This document shows, piece by piece, positions 10,477 through 19,621 of a stretch of DNA of 64,000 nucleotides (within the stretch, counting starts at the first letter, position 1; every line of letters begins with the position of its first letter). A program made the translations under genes and the position numbers. Under the pieces are notes generated by a model that was given only the letters and a program-made list of their open reading frames with translations, was not told the origin of the DNA and searched no databases. The DNA comes from Thermodesulfobacteriota bacterium (lineage in GTDB: Bacteria > Desulfobacterota > Desulfobacteria > Desulfobacterales > C00003060). The DNA is taken from positions 58,497 to 122,496 of the forward strand of contig JAXHVD010000015.1 in assembly GCA_034189385.1 (NCBI GenBank), in the 5' to 3' direction.

Positions 10477-11136
10477 ATGGGGGACAAACCGTCCGTGTAT
10501 GCACTAAAACTCGGAAATATAGGGAAATACTATTCCGCGGCCCTGCTCTTCAGGGACATATCTTTTGAGTTGCATTCTGGAGAGGTCCTGGCCATTGCCG
10601 GATGGAACGGCTCCGGCAAGAGCACTCTCCTGCGGATTATAGCAGGTCTTGTGAGGCCTTCTACGGGCCAGGTGGAGATGTTTTTCGAGAATGAACCAAT
10701 ACCCAAAGAATCGCGCCGGAGATTTCTTGGTATGGTGGCACCAGCAATGGCGCTCTATGAAGAACTCACAGCCCTAGAGAACATGGAGTTCTTCTGCAAA
10801 GTCAGAGGCCTTGCCTACCACCGTAGGACCTGTCTGGAGATGATGGATCGCGTTGGCTTGTCCGAACACTCTGACAAGATATGCAGAAACTATTCTTCTG
10901 GGATGAAGCAACGGCTGAAACTGGTCCAAGCGGTTCTCCATACCCCCCCACTACTGTTGCTGGATGAACCAGGATGCAATCTTGACAGCAAAGGGATGAA
11001 GATTGTAGAGGACATTACTCGGCAGCAGCGGCACATGGGAATGACTGTCATTGCATCTAACGAAAAGCGGGAGGTGGACTACGCAGACAGGGTCATCAAC
11101 CTATCTGAGCGAAGCCATGGCAATCTGGCTCCGTGA
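10477..11136 (+). CDS. ccmA: Heme exporter ATP-binding protein CcmA
   Basis: Walker A GWNGSGKST, YSSGMKQRL, LLLLDEP; first gene of the ccm cluster. Confidence 0.85.
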   Translation: MGDKPSVYALKLGNIGKYYSAALLFRDISFELHSGEVLAIAGWNGSGKSTLLRIIAGLVRPSTGQVEMFFENEPIPKESRRRFLGMVAPAMALYEELTALENMEFFCKVRGLAYHRRTCLEMMDRVGLSEHSDKICRNYSSGMKQRLKLVQAVLHTPPLLLLDEPGCNLDSKGMKIVEDITRQQRHMGMTVIASNEKREVDYADRVINLSERSHGNLAP

Positions 11137-11773
11137 TGTACGCAGCGAATTCAGGACACGTTATGCCGTCAATGCCATCCTGATGTTTGCTCTCACCACT
11201 CTTGTGGCGGTGAGTTTCTCCATAGGCTCCTTCCGTATTGGCGAAGCAGAGAAGCCTTTTCTGTATGCGGTGTTGCTGTGGATCATACTGGTGTTTTCGG
11301 CATTGTCCGGTCTTTCCCGCTCCTTTGTCAAGGAGGAAGAAGCCGGGACCATGGATGTGCTGCGGCTCTCTGCTCGCCCCCAGGCAGTGTTCTTGGGAAA
11401 GCTCTTTTTTAACCTGACCCTGCTGGGGGCCCTGGAGGTGATCATCGTTCCATCGTTTATTCTCCTGATGGAATACGACATAGCCTTTCCAGGCTTCTTT
11501 GTGGCCATGCTCATTAGCGGTGGACTTGGTTTGGGTGCGGGCACCACCATCGTGGCGGCTATGATAGCCCAGGCCAGCGTTCGCGGTGCCCTGTTTTCTG
11601 CCCTCTCTTTCCCGCTCCTCTTACCCCTCATGATCACGGCCATCAAGGGGTGTGAAAGGGCGGCACTCGGAATCGATGCAGCAGGCTGGCCCGAAGTGAG
11701 AATCGCTGTGGCCTATGTTGTAATAATGATTATTATGTCGATATTCTTGTTTCCCTTGATTTGGGAAGAGTGA
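11117..11773 (+). CDS. ccmB: Heme exporter permease CcmB
   Basis: Hydrophobic; RSFVKEEEAGTMDVL, LSFPLLLPL motifs; start uncertain (ATG 11117 chosen). Confidence 0.85.
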   Translation: MAIWLRDVRSEFRTRYAVNAILMFALTTLVAVSFSIGSFRIGEAEKPFLYAVLLWIILVFSALSGLSRSFVKEEEAGTMDVLRLSARPQAVFLGKLFFNLTLLGALEVIIVPSFILLMEYDIAFPGFFVAMLISGGLGLGAGTTIVAAMIAQASVRGALFSALSFPLLLPLMITAIKGCERAALGIDAAGWPEVRIAVAYVVIMIIMSIFLFPLIWEE

Positions 11774-11894
11774 ATCCCATCATCTATACGATGTCCAATG
11801 GTGGCGTTTTGGGCTACCATTTTGGCACCGATGATGAGAGTTGAGACCTGAAGAAAGCGGTGACGTCTTTGGCTGAACAGGCAAGGGGAAGATC

Positions 11895-12581
11895 ATGATA
11901 TTCAGAGCGTTATTGGCAATCTGGATGGCTGTCATTATCGTTGCAGCTTTCTTATATGCAGGAGCAGCCACTGGCTTTCCTGGGGAAACATCTCGCATCT
12001 TGTTTTTTCATGTTCCTCAGGCGTGGGTGGCGACGCTCTCCTTTCTCTTGTCCATGATAGCCAGTGCCGTCTATCTTGCTAAACGCAATACGACGTCCGA
12101 TGACATGGCCTTGTCAGCAGCAGAGTTGGGCTTTCTGTTTTGCATCCTTGCCACAGTGACCGGTTCCATTTTTGCCAAAGCCACCTGGGGCTCATTCTGG
12201 AATTGGGACCCCCGGGAGACTTCCATCGTCATACTCCTGATGATCTACGGCGCCTATTTTGCACTTCGCTCGGCAGTGCCGGACCCTGAAAAGAAGCGCG
12301 TCTTTGCTGGGGTCTACTCCATACTTGCCTTTGTCACAGTCCCTTTCCTGGTCTTTGTGGTACCGCGGATAACAGCCTCTCTCCATCCTGAAGACACCAT
12401 GAATCCGGCCAATCCCGGCATGGATCCCAAGACCTTAAAGGTCTTCCTGGGCTCATTGCTGGCTTACACCGCACTCTTTGTCTGGATGCTACGGTTGAAA
12501 ATGAGGGTTTTGAAGATTCAGCATCTGCAAATGAAAAGATCTAGGGATTTGGCGTCGAGGACTGATAATCATACACGATGA
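11895..12581 (+). CDS. ccmC: Heme exporter/chaperone CcmC
   Basis: FFHVPQAW, WGSFWNWDPRET (WWD motif), SLHP. Confidence 0.92.
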   Translation: MIFRALLAIWMAVIIVAAFLYAGAATGFPGETSRILFFHVPQAWVATLSFLLSMIASAVYLAKRNTTSDDMALSAAELGFLFCILATVTGSIFAKATWGSFWNWDPRETSIVILLMIYGAYFALRSAVPDPEKKRVFAGVYSILAFVTVPFLVFVVPRITASLHPEDTMNPANPGMDPKTLKVFLGSLLAYTALFVWMLRLKMRVLKIQHLQMKRSRDLASRTDNHTR

Positions 12582-12721
12582 AGGAACACCTGCCGCTGTT
12601 ACAGAAAATCTCTGGTCTGCCCTGTCGTCATGTTACGCACCCCTGCCATGCCTCGACGGCAGGTGACCAAATCCGATTTGCAGAGGCCTTCTCGATATCA
12701 TATGCTTAAAGGAGAAAACGT

Positions 12722-12850
12722 ATGAAGGACGGTCTGGGATTTGTCATGGGAGTAAATCTTATCATTTGGGCTGGCATAGCCTTTTATCTATTTGTTCTAG
12801 ATCGGAGGATAAAAAAATTGGAAGAAACTTCCAGGGATGACAAAAGATGA
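12722..12850 (+). CDS. ccmD: CcmD-family small membrane protein (42 aa)
   Basis: Manual translation MKDGLGFVMGVNLIIWAGIAFYLFVLDRRIKKLEETSRDDKR; AAGGAG RBS; ATGA overlap with ccmE; below the ORF-track size cutoff. Confidence 0.8.
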   Translation: MKDGLGFVMGVNLIIWAGIAFYLFVLDRRIKKLEETSRDDKR

Positions 12851-13221
12851 AAAAGTCTTATATTATTGGTGCCCTCGTCATTGCTGCGGCTGGTGTCATG
12901 GCCATGCAGTCTTTCAAATCCACCCTCACCGCCTATGTTACGGTAAGGGAGGCCAAGGCCAGTAAACGCCCCGTCCAGGTGGCAGGCGTAGCGGTCAAGG
13001 ATACGTACGACGTGAAGACCAATAATCTGGTCTTCACGTTGCGCGAGGACGGCGGTGACGAAATGGTAGTGGAATATGACGGCCCTCGACCAGGGAATTT
13101 TGATAACGTGACCAAGGTCGTGGCCATAGGCACATACGAACCCAGCACACAGGTCTTTGAGGCCAAGGAACTCTTGGTCAAGTGTCCGACTAAATACGAA
13201 GGGCGGGTTAAGGGAGAATGA
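12847..13221 (+). CDS. ccmE: Heme chaperone CcmE, CxxxY type
   Basis: N-terminal anchor; LVKCPTKY heme-binding motif. Confidence 0.9.
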   Translation: MKKSYIIGALVIAAAGVMAMQSFKSTLTAYVTVREAKASKRPVQVAGVAVKDTYDVKTNNLVFTLREDGGDEMVVEYDGPRPGNFDNVTKVVAIGTYEPSTQVFEAKELLVKCPTKYEGRVKGE

Positions 13222-15449
13222 GCAATTTCGGTCATCTGTTAATGTGGTTAGCACTCATTGCCATAGGCGTGTCGTCTCTGTGTTATATGGTCCTGGCTTT
13301 CGGAAAAGGCAGTGCCGCGGTCAAGAATGCCGCCCGCTTAAGCTTTGTGAGCTTTGCGGCCTTTGTAACCCTTGGCTCCATCCTTTTAATGCACTTCATA
13401 CTCAACCACGAGTTCGTGTACCGGTATGTGGCCGAGTATTCCTCCCGTGACCTCTCCTTGGAATATCTTATCAGTTCTTTCTGGGCAGGCCAGGAAGGCA
13501 GCTTTCTGCTGTGGGTGTTGTTCGGGGGCTGGCTTGGCATCTTGCTCATGTTCAAGACCAGGGAAGTAGAACCCCAGGTCATGCTCATTTACAATCTGAA
13601 TAACATCTTCCTGGCCGTCTTGCTGATTAAGCAGAGCCCCTTTCGCATGCTCCCCATGGCGCCTCCAGACGGCCAAGGGCTCAACATGCTCTTGCAGGAC
13701 CCGTGGATGGTGATCCACCCGCCTGTCGTGTTTCTGGGCTATGCGGCCTTTACCATCCCTTTTGCATACGCCGTCTCTGCCCTGTGGCGCAGGGACTACG
13801 ACGGATGGATCAAGCCGGCCCTGCCCTGGACTGTTTTTGCATTTGTGACCCTGGGGGCCGGTATCATCATTGGCGGTTATTGGTCTTACAAGGTCTTGGG
13901 ATGGGGCGGCTATTGGGGCTGGGACCCCGTAGAGAATGCCTCTCTTTTGCCCTGGCTGGCTGGGATGGCCCTCATGCACGGGATGATCCTGCAGGGAACG
14001 CGTAAAAAACTTCGTAAAATCAATTTTGTGCTGGCAGCTTGTTCTTTTGTTCTGGTCATCTACTGCACTTTTTTGACTAGATCAGGCATTCTGGCGGACT
14101 TCTCTGTCCATTCTTTTGTGGATCTGGGCATTACCGGCTGGCTTGTGGTCTTCATGTTCGCTTTTATCGCCATTGCTCTGGTCCTCTTTGCTGTCCGGGC
14201 AAGGGAAATCCCTGTGTCCAAGAAAGACGGGCCTGTCGGCTATTTCTCCAGGGAATTTGGCCTCATCGCTGCCATTATTGTACTTTCTCTTTGCACTCTG
14301 GTTGTGGGGCTCGGCACATCTGCACCCCTCATTACTAGGGCCCTTGAAAAGGCCTCAAAGGTATCGACGGAGTTCTACACAGACACCAACTTTCCTTTTG
14401 CGCTCCTCATGCTGTTCCTGTTGAGCTTCGTACCTCTCATGACCTGGGGTAGAAACAGCCTTGGGAGGCTTTTCCGCAAACTCACCTGGGCCGCCGTGGG
14501 CGCCATGATAGCCCTCGTGATCACCCTTCTAAGCGGCTATCCGGGACCCCGCATCCTTCCCCTCTCACTCCTTGCCGGGGCCACTAGCGGTATGAATCTC
14601 TTCTTGACCATCAGACTCCTTAGGAAAAGAATCACCTTGTCCAGCGGAGCTATTGCTCATTTGGGAGTGGGCCTTATGTTTCTCGGCATTGTGGCATCTT
14701 CTGTCTACGATCGGTCAGAAAAGGTGTTATGTACAGAAGGAGTTGCCCAAAGCGCCATGGGTTACAATATTACATTCAATGCCCCTAGGTTTTCAAAAGA
14801 CGGCAAAGGGGTGCGCCTCGCACTGCCGTTGGACGTGCGGAAGGGAGATCATCAGTTTTCTGCCTTGCCTGATATCTATTCTGAGCGGACCAGAGACGGC
14901 CACTCCAAACGTTTTGTCCATCCCCATATCCGCAGAGGCCTCATCTCAGATCTCTACATATCGCCCATGGATTTTAAGCCTGGAAAGAAAGGCACGCCTG
15001 CCAATGAGATCATGCTGGGGAAAAAGAAGAAGTCCCAGCTTCACGACTACAGCATCGAATTTACGGGCTTTGATGTGTCGGCCATGATGGGGCAAAAAAC
15101 TGCCTCCCCCATGAGCGTAGGCGCCAATATCTTAGTCTCTTATAAAGGCGGGGAGCCGGTCACACTCAAACCGCTCATGACCATGGGGCAAGGACAAAGT
15201 CCGTCGAGTCGCGTTAAACTGCCTGGACCCGAAGACGCTTATTTGACCCTTGCCAAGATGGACGCAACGGACAAGACAATCACCCTCGTCTATGAAGGGC
15301 CAGGGGGTGGGACAGAAAAGGGCCAGGATACGCCACCTGCTGTCATTGCCGAGGTGAGTATCAAGCCCGGCATGACCCTCCTATGGCTGGGAACCTGTCT
15401 CATTCTTCTGGGGGGCTGCGTTGCCATCGCTCGCCGCTGGCAGCGTTAA
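13218..15449 (+). CDS. ccmF: Cytochrome c heme lyase CcmF
   Basis: WAGQEGSFLLW, IHPP, LGWGGYWGWDPVENAS, TRSG...SVHSF. Confidence 0.95.
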   Translation: MSNFGHLLMWLALIAIGVSSLCYMVLAFGKGSAAVKNAARLSFVSFAAFVTLGSILLMHFILNHEFVYRYVAEYSSRDLSLEYLISSFWAGQEGSFLLWVLFGGWLGILLMFKTREVEPQVMLIYNLNNIFLAVLLIKQSPFRMLPMAPPDGQGLNMLLQDPWMVIHPPVVFLGYAAFTIPFAYAVSALWRRDYDGWIKPALPWTVFAFVTLGAGIIIGGYWSYKVLGWGGYWGWDPVENASLLPWLAGMALMHGMILQGTRKKLRKINFVLAACSFVLVIYCTFLTRSGILADFSVHSFVDLGITGWLVVFMFAFIAIALVLFAVRAREIPVSKKDGPVGYFSREFGLIAAIIVLSLCTLVVGLGTSAPLITRALEKASKVSTEFYTDTNFPFALLMLFLLSFVPLMTWGRNSLGRLFRKLTWAAVGAMIALVITLLSGYPGPRILPLSLLAGATSGMNLFLTIRLLRKRITLSSGAIAHLGVGLMFLGIVASSVYDRSEKVLCTEGVAQSAMGYNITFNAPRFSKDGKGVRLALPLDVRKGDHQFSALPDIYSERTRDGHSKRFVHPHIRRGLISDLYISPMDFKPGKKGTPANEIMLGKKKKSQLHDYSIEFTGFDVSAMMGQKTASPMSVGANILVSYKGGEPVTLKPLMTMGQGQSPSSRVKLPGPEDAYLTLAKMDATDKTITLVYEGPGGGTEKGQDTPPAVIAEVSIKPGMTLLWLGTCLILLGGCVAIARRWQR

Positions 15450-15837
15450 TGGGCCGCGGGGAAATGCTTGTTTGTCTGACTCCATCGGGATGATTCTCAT
15501 CCTTTGTCTGTCACTGCGAGGCATTTATCCGGCGCTGGGTGCAAGGCCCTGTTCTCTTCCCGTCATGTCTTAGCATGTCTTTCCCCTGAAAAGGAAAGGG
15601 TCGCCACTAAGCCATTTTCGGGCTCCATGCGTACGTCCCCGACGTCACCTTCGGGCCACCTAATCACAAGAACGCTCCCCCTTGGATTAGACCGTTTCTG
15701 ATTATTAGCCCTTCACTCTCAGAAGACCTCTCATCCCGAAAAGGCCCTATGTCGTCCAGGAAAGGCTCAGCTACCCAATGACTCATGACAGCTGTTTCTG
15801 GCCCATAACACCCCGTTTACCCTTTTCTATGAGAAAG

Positions 15838-15883
15838 AAAAAAAAAGGCCCCCATCCTGCCTTTTGGACAGGATGGGGGCTTT
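15838..15883 (-). terminator. Intrinsic terminator of the cytochrome pair
   Basis: 12-bp stem GCCCCCATCCTG/CAGGATGGGGGC with a T-run on the minus strand. Confidence 0.75.
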
Positions 15884-15912
15884 CCTATTTGCGCTAGCGT
15901 ATAGAGCTTCTT

Positions 15913-16800
15913 CTATTTCAGGATATCGTGAGGATTTCCGTGGCACTCCCCACAGTTGGCCGTATCAATGAGCATGGCCTTGGAATGGGGTTCCCCATGG
16001 CACCTCTGGCATTCAGGGATCTCCATGTGACTCGGATGGCAATCTGCACAGGCTACAGGAGTATGCTTCGATGCACTCTTTTCTAGCATGTCGCTGATAT
16101 CATCGTGGCAACCGGCACACAGGATATTTGGGGTGGTCTTGTCATACACCATCTCAGTAGGCTTGTGCACAGGGTGGCACGTCATGCACTCGGCTGTTCC
16201 CATCTCCACTCCTGGGCTGTGGTTCTCATGACATGCGTCACATGAGGGGATGTACCCATGTTTATCGGCATGGCAGTCCACACAGGCCACGTCAGTCAAA
16301 TGCTTGCTGGGATAGGCCTTGAGTTCACTTCCTATTTTACTGTGGCATTGGGCACAGGCCGCTTCAATATCCCCCATGGGAATGGCCAGCGGCTTGTGTG
16401 GGTCTGCGTGGCAGGAGAGACAAGGTGTCAATGCCGGATCTTCTCCGTGAAAGGCCCCGCCATTTGCATTCACATGGCAGGCGGCACATTTTGGCATGAT
16501 CTCATCATAGTTGTCCTTTCGAGGGTTGTACTGGTGCAGCTGGGTGTGGCAACGCATGCAGTCAATCTGATGCCTGCCCCCCTCGTTCTTAATGACCTCA
16601 AAGACGGGCAAATGACATTGGCCACACTCTGCAGGCGTTAACGGCTTGATGTCCATTCGATAAAAGGCAGCCTCGTCTGCCGCTTCTGCTGTCACAGGCC
16701 CCACCAGTTCATGCAGGTCCTTATCGCTACCAAAGCCGCATATCATAACCACCGCCAACACCATACACGCAACGCTTGCGATGCATTTTGAACCAGTCAT
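15913..16800 (-). CDS. Exported dodecaheme cytochrome c
   Basis: 12 CxxCH motifs counted; hydrophobic N-terminus; GGAGG RBS. Confidence 0.9.
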   Translation of the reverse strand: MTGSKCIASVACMVLAVVMICGFGSDKDLHELVGPVTAEAADEAAFYRMDIKPLTPAECGQCHLPVFEVIKNEGGRHQIDCMRCHTQLHQYNPRKDNYDEIMPKCAACHVNANGGAFHGEDPALTPCLSCHADPHKPLAIPMGDIEAACAQCHSKIGSELKAYPSKHLTDVACVDCHADKHGYIPSCDACHENHSPGVEMGTAECMTCHPVHKPTEMVYDKTTPNILCAGCHDDISDMLEKSASKHTPVACADCHPSHMEIPECQRCHGEPHSKAMLIDTANCGECHGNPHDILK

Positions 16801-16874
16801 ACCAACCTCCCATTCATGTCATGCCCCTCCCAGCCGCCGGAACAGGGGGCTAAGAGGGAACGATATACGTCTAT

Positions 16875-17762
16875 CTACCCTTTCAAGTCATGGGCAATGC
16901 CATGGCATTGGCCGCATTTTGGGTATTTCTCCAATATGGACTTTGCATGCGGAGCCGGATGACACTCGACGCATTTTAGTATGGCCTTATGCTTGTCTGG
17001 GTGGCACTGTGTGCACGCAACCTCGTGATGCTTGAGTTTACTCTTGTCAAGCAGATCAACGGCCTCCTCATGACAGGCCCCGCAGTAATGCCTAGGTGTC
17101 TCCTGGGCATAGGTAATCACCGTGGGCATGTGGACCGGATGGCAGGAGAGGCAAGTCTGAAAATCCATGTCCTCTGTATGCTTTTCGTGGCAATCCATGC
17201 AGTCTGGAATAAGCTTATGGGCGGAGTGACATTCGTTGCAGGCCACGTCCGTGTGGGCACTTGGATATTTCGCCACCTCGTCGCCTTGTTGCTGATGACA
17301 GGTAAGGCATGGGCCACTAATGGCGCCGTCTAACTTCAGATCAAGGGGAGCATGGGTATCAACATGACAACTCCCGCAATTGGCCAATTCATAATGGGGT
17401 GCCCCGCTGTGGCACATACTGCACTCTGGGATGGCTCCCGTGCCTTCAGGAGGGTGCTCCGTATGACAGTCTTGACAGCCCACCTCTGTCTTGTGTTTGG
17501 CGCCTCTTTCCGCTATGGTTTTTGGCTGCACCGGGTGGCACACCGTGCAGTGGGCATTCGTCACCTCCGCTATAGGCACCTTCACCTTAACCTTGGTCTC
17601 TTGGGCAGGTGCGGCCGAGGGCCGAAGGCCTGTCCTTTGTTCACAACCAAAAGCGCAAATCAAAGCGATCACCCCAGCAACACAAACGACAACACCCACT
17701 GATCCCGTTGCCGCCCGACCACCCCATGATGCGACTCCTCTTTTTCTCTGCAATAGACCCAT
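16875..17762 (-). CDS. Dodecaheme cytochrome c, probable lipoprotein
   Basis: 12 CxxCH motifs counted; hydrophobic stretch ending AFGC; start set to MGLLQRK (GGAGG RBS). Confidence 0.88.
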   Translation of the reverse strand: MGLLQRKRGVASWGGRAATGSVGVVVCVAGVIALICAFGCEQRTGLRPSAAPAQETKVKVKVPIAEVTNAHCTVCHPVQPKTIAERGAKHKTEVGCQDCHTEHPPEGTGAIPECSMCHSGAPHYELANCGSCHVDTHAPLDLKLDGAISGPCLTCHQQQGDEVAKYPSAHTDVACNECHSAHKLIPDCMDCHEKHTEDMDFQTCLSCHPVHMPTVITYAQETPRHYCGACHEEAVDLLDKSKLKHHEVACTQCHPDKHKAILKCVECHPAPHAKSILEKYPKCGQCHGIAHDLKG

Positions 17763-18139
17763 CGCTTCCCTCCTCCGCACTGAAAACCTTACTCCCAAAG
17801 CCCCTCATCGGCCGCGGGAAGAAATCAAAAAATCCTTCCTGGCAGGGCACGAATTCTCGCAGGAGAATTCGTGTTCCGCTTATCATTAGAACAAGTTAGT
17901 GTCAAGCTGTTTTTAACGGTCCTCAGGGCACCTTAAGCGCCCACAAGGGCCTCACACCCTCAATCATTTAAGGAAGTTTTCCATCTTCTGGCTTGGTGAA
18001 GACGGCTTATCACGGCCTTGCCCTACTGACCCATTCAGTTGACCTAAGACCAACAGAGGTGCCATGGCAGGAAGCCTACACACCGCTGCCGAGCAAAGAA
18101 AGAAGGAGCCAGGCATCAAGCCTAACTCCTTGATTTCAA

Positions 18140-18217
18140 TGGCGGGAGCGACGAGACTCGAACTCGCGACCTCCGGCGTGACAGGCCGGCGTTCTAACCA
18201 AACTGAACTACGCCCCC
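18140..18217 (-). tRNA. tRNA-Asp(GTC)
   Basis: GGGGGCGTAGTTCAGTTTGGTTAGAACGCCGGCCTGTCACGCCGG...GTTCGAGTC...CGCTCCCGCCA cloverleaf. Confidence 0.97.
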
Positions 18218-18601
18218 GAAAAAGGTGTCACCAGCGCGGTAACTGACAGCTCCAAGGCGGGACAGGGCTTGAGCCTGCCCTGTCAAAGGCAACTCTTGTC
18301 CATCTGGGATTGTGCTGACGCCCCGCACTACTGCGCAACGCCTGTTTCCCTTGACCTTGCAGGTCCAGTAATCACGGACTGAACTGGAAATGCGCAACAG
18401 CCCGGCAGACCAACATATAGCACTGAAATTCCAAAAGGTTAAGCTCTCTCCCACCTTTTAAAGCCCATGTTATGATGCTTTATTGTGGATTGCAAGGGGA
18501 AAATGCACTCCCATGACCACCGGACAGACAAGCCTTAACAAAGGCCTCTCGTGCCGTCATGGACCTCCCTGCCAATGCCCTCTCGCCTGTGATCCATGGT
18601 C

Positions 18602-18797
18602 TTGAACCGAATAAGCGAGCGCATTCTCCACAGGAGAGCTACCGCAGCCCCCGCAGGTTCTGCCTGACGGCAGTGCTAGCGCGGCGCAGGCGGCGGGGTT
18701 AGCGAGGGTATAGTTAAAATGACATCATCCTTACGGTGCTGCGGAGCTCTCGCGTCAGGGAGAACATTCCCCGTGGCTTGCCGCGGGGAGGGTTCAA
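18602..18797. mobile_element. Non-autonomous palindromic repeat/MITE-like element, copy 1
   Basis: Near-identical to 37598-37836; ends TTGAACC...GGTTCAA; internal hairpins. Confidence 0.75.
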
Positions 18798-19178
18798 TTC
18801 TCAAGCGCAACAAGGCCTTTAACGTTTGGGTCGGTGTTGTGAGAAAATGCGAAAGGCTTCATGGGCTCATTTTTCTTACAAGTTTCTCCTGGCTTATTCG
18901 TAGTAACCCCATTTCCTTAAAGGGCGCCTCCTGTTCGAGGTATCACTGTGCTCTTTGCCTTACGTCTTCAATGTCAAGAATCTCTTCAACTCTTTTGTTC
19001 CTGCAACAGGCCCACCTGGCAACCATCCAATCGTCTTGTTGATGTTGATTACAACCGCGTGGTGAGCTCTGTATTGGAAATTGCTCAGGGATCGATGAGA
19101 CCTGTCGATGGGCCCTTGGGCCAGAAAGGACGTTGACGCAGGTTGGAAAGGACCTCAGTAACAAGCCCACTAATAAAC

Positions 19179-19317
19179 TACCCCGCCGCAAGCAGCGGGG
19201 TATCATATGTCATGCCGGACTTTGATCCGGCATCCAGTCTGGTTTTCTGGATTCCGGCGTGGGCCGGAATGACGGACACGCGGCAAGCCGCGGGGAATGA
19301 ACCCCGAGAGATTCAAT
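19179..19317. repeat. Composite REP-like palindrome cluster
   Basis: TACCCCGCCGC-AA-GCAGCGGGGTA; GTCATGCCGG...CCGGAATGAC; CGCGGC-AA-GCCGCG, ending TTCAAT. Confidence 0.65.
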
Positions 19318-19462
19318 GAAAGGGGCTGAATAGATGCCACCGATCAGGAAAAGACCGGGACGCGGGACCCTGGATTTTGGCGAAACCATTCGTCTAGGTG
19401 GGATATGCGGTGGGATAAAAAATGGGGCACAGCCCCGAAGGTCTGTAACTCCTTGATTTATT

Positions 19463-19538
19463 TGGTAGGCGGAACAGGGCTTGAACCTGTGACCCCCGGC
19501 TTGTAAGGCCGATGCTCTCCCAACTGAGCTACCCGCCC
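19463..19538 (-). tRNA. tRNA-Val(TAC)
   Basis: GGGCGGGTAGCTCAGTTGGGAGAGCATCGGCCTTACAAGCCG...GTTCAAGCC...CCTACCA. Confidence 0.97.
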
Positions 19539-19621
19539 CCACAACCGCTACTTTCAAAAGAGTGTCGCAATTTCCGAATAACGAACAACCATTTTGGTGT
19601 CAAGCAAAATGTCCGTCCCTA

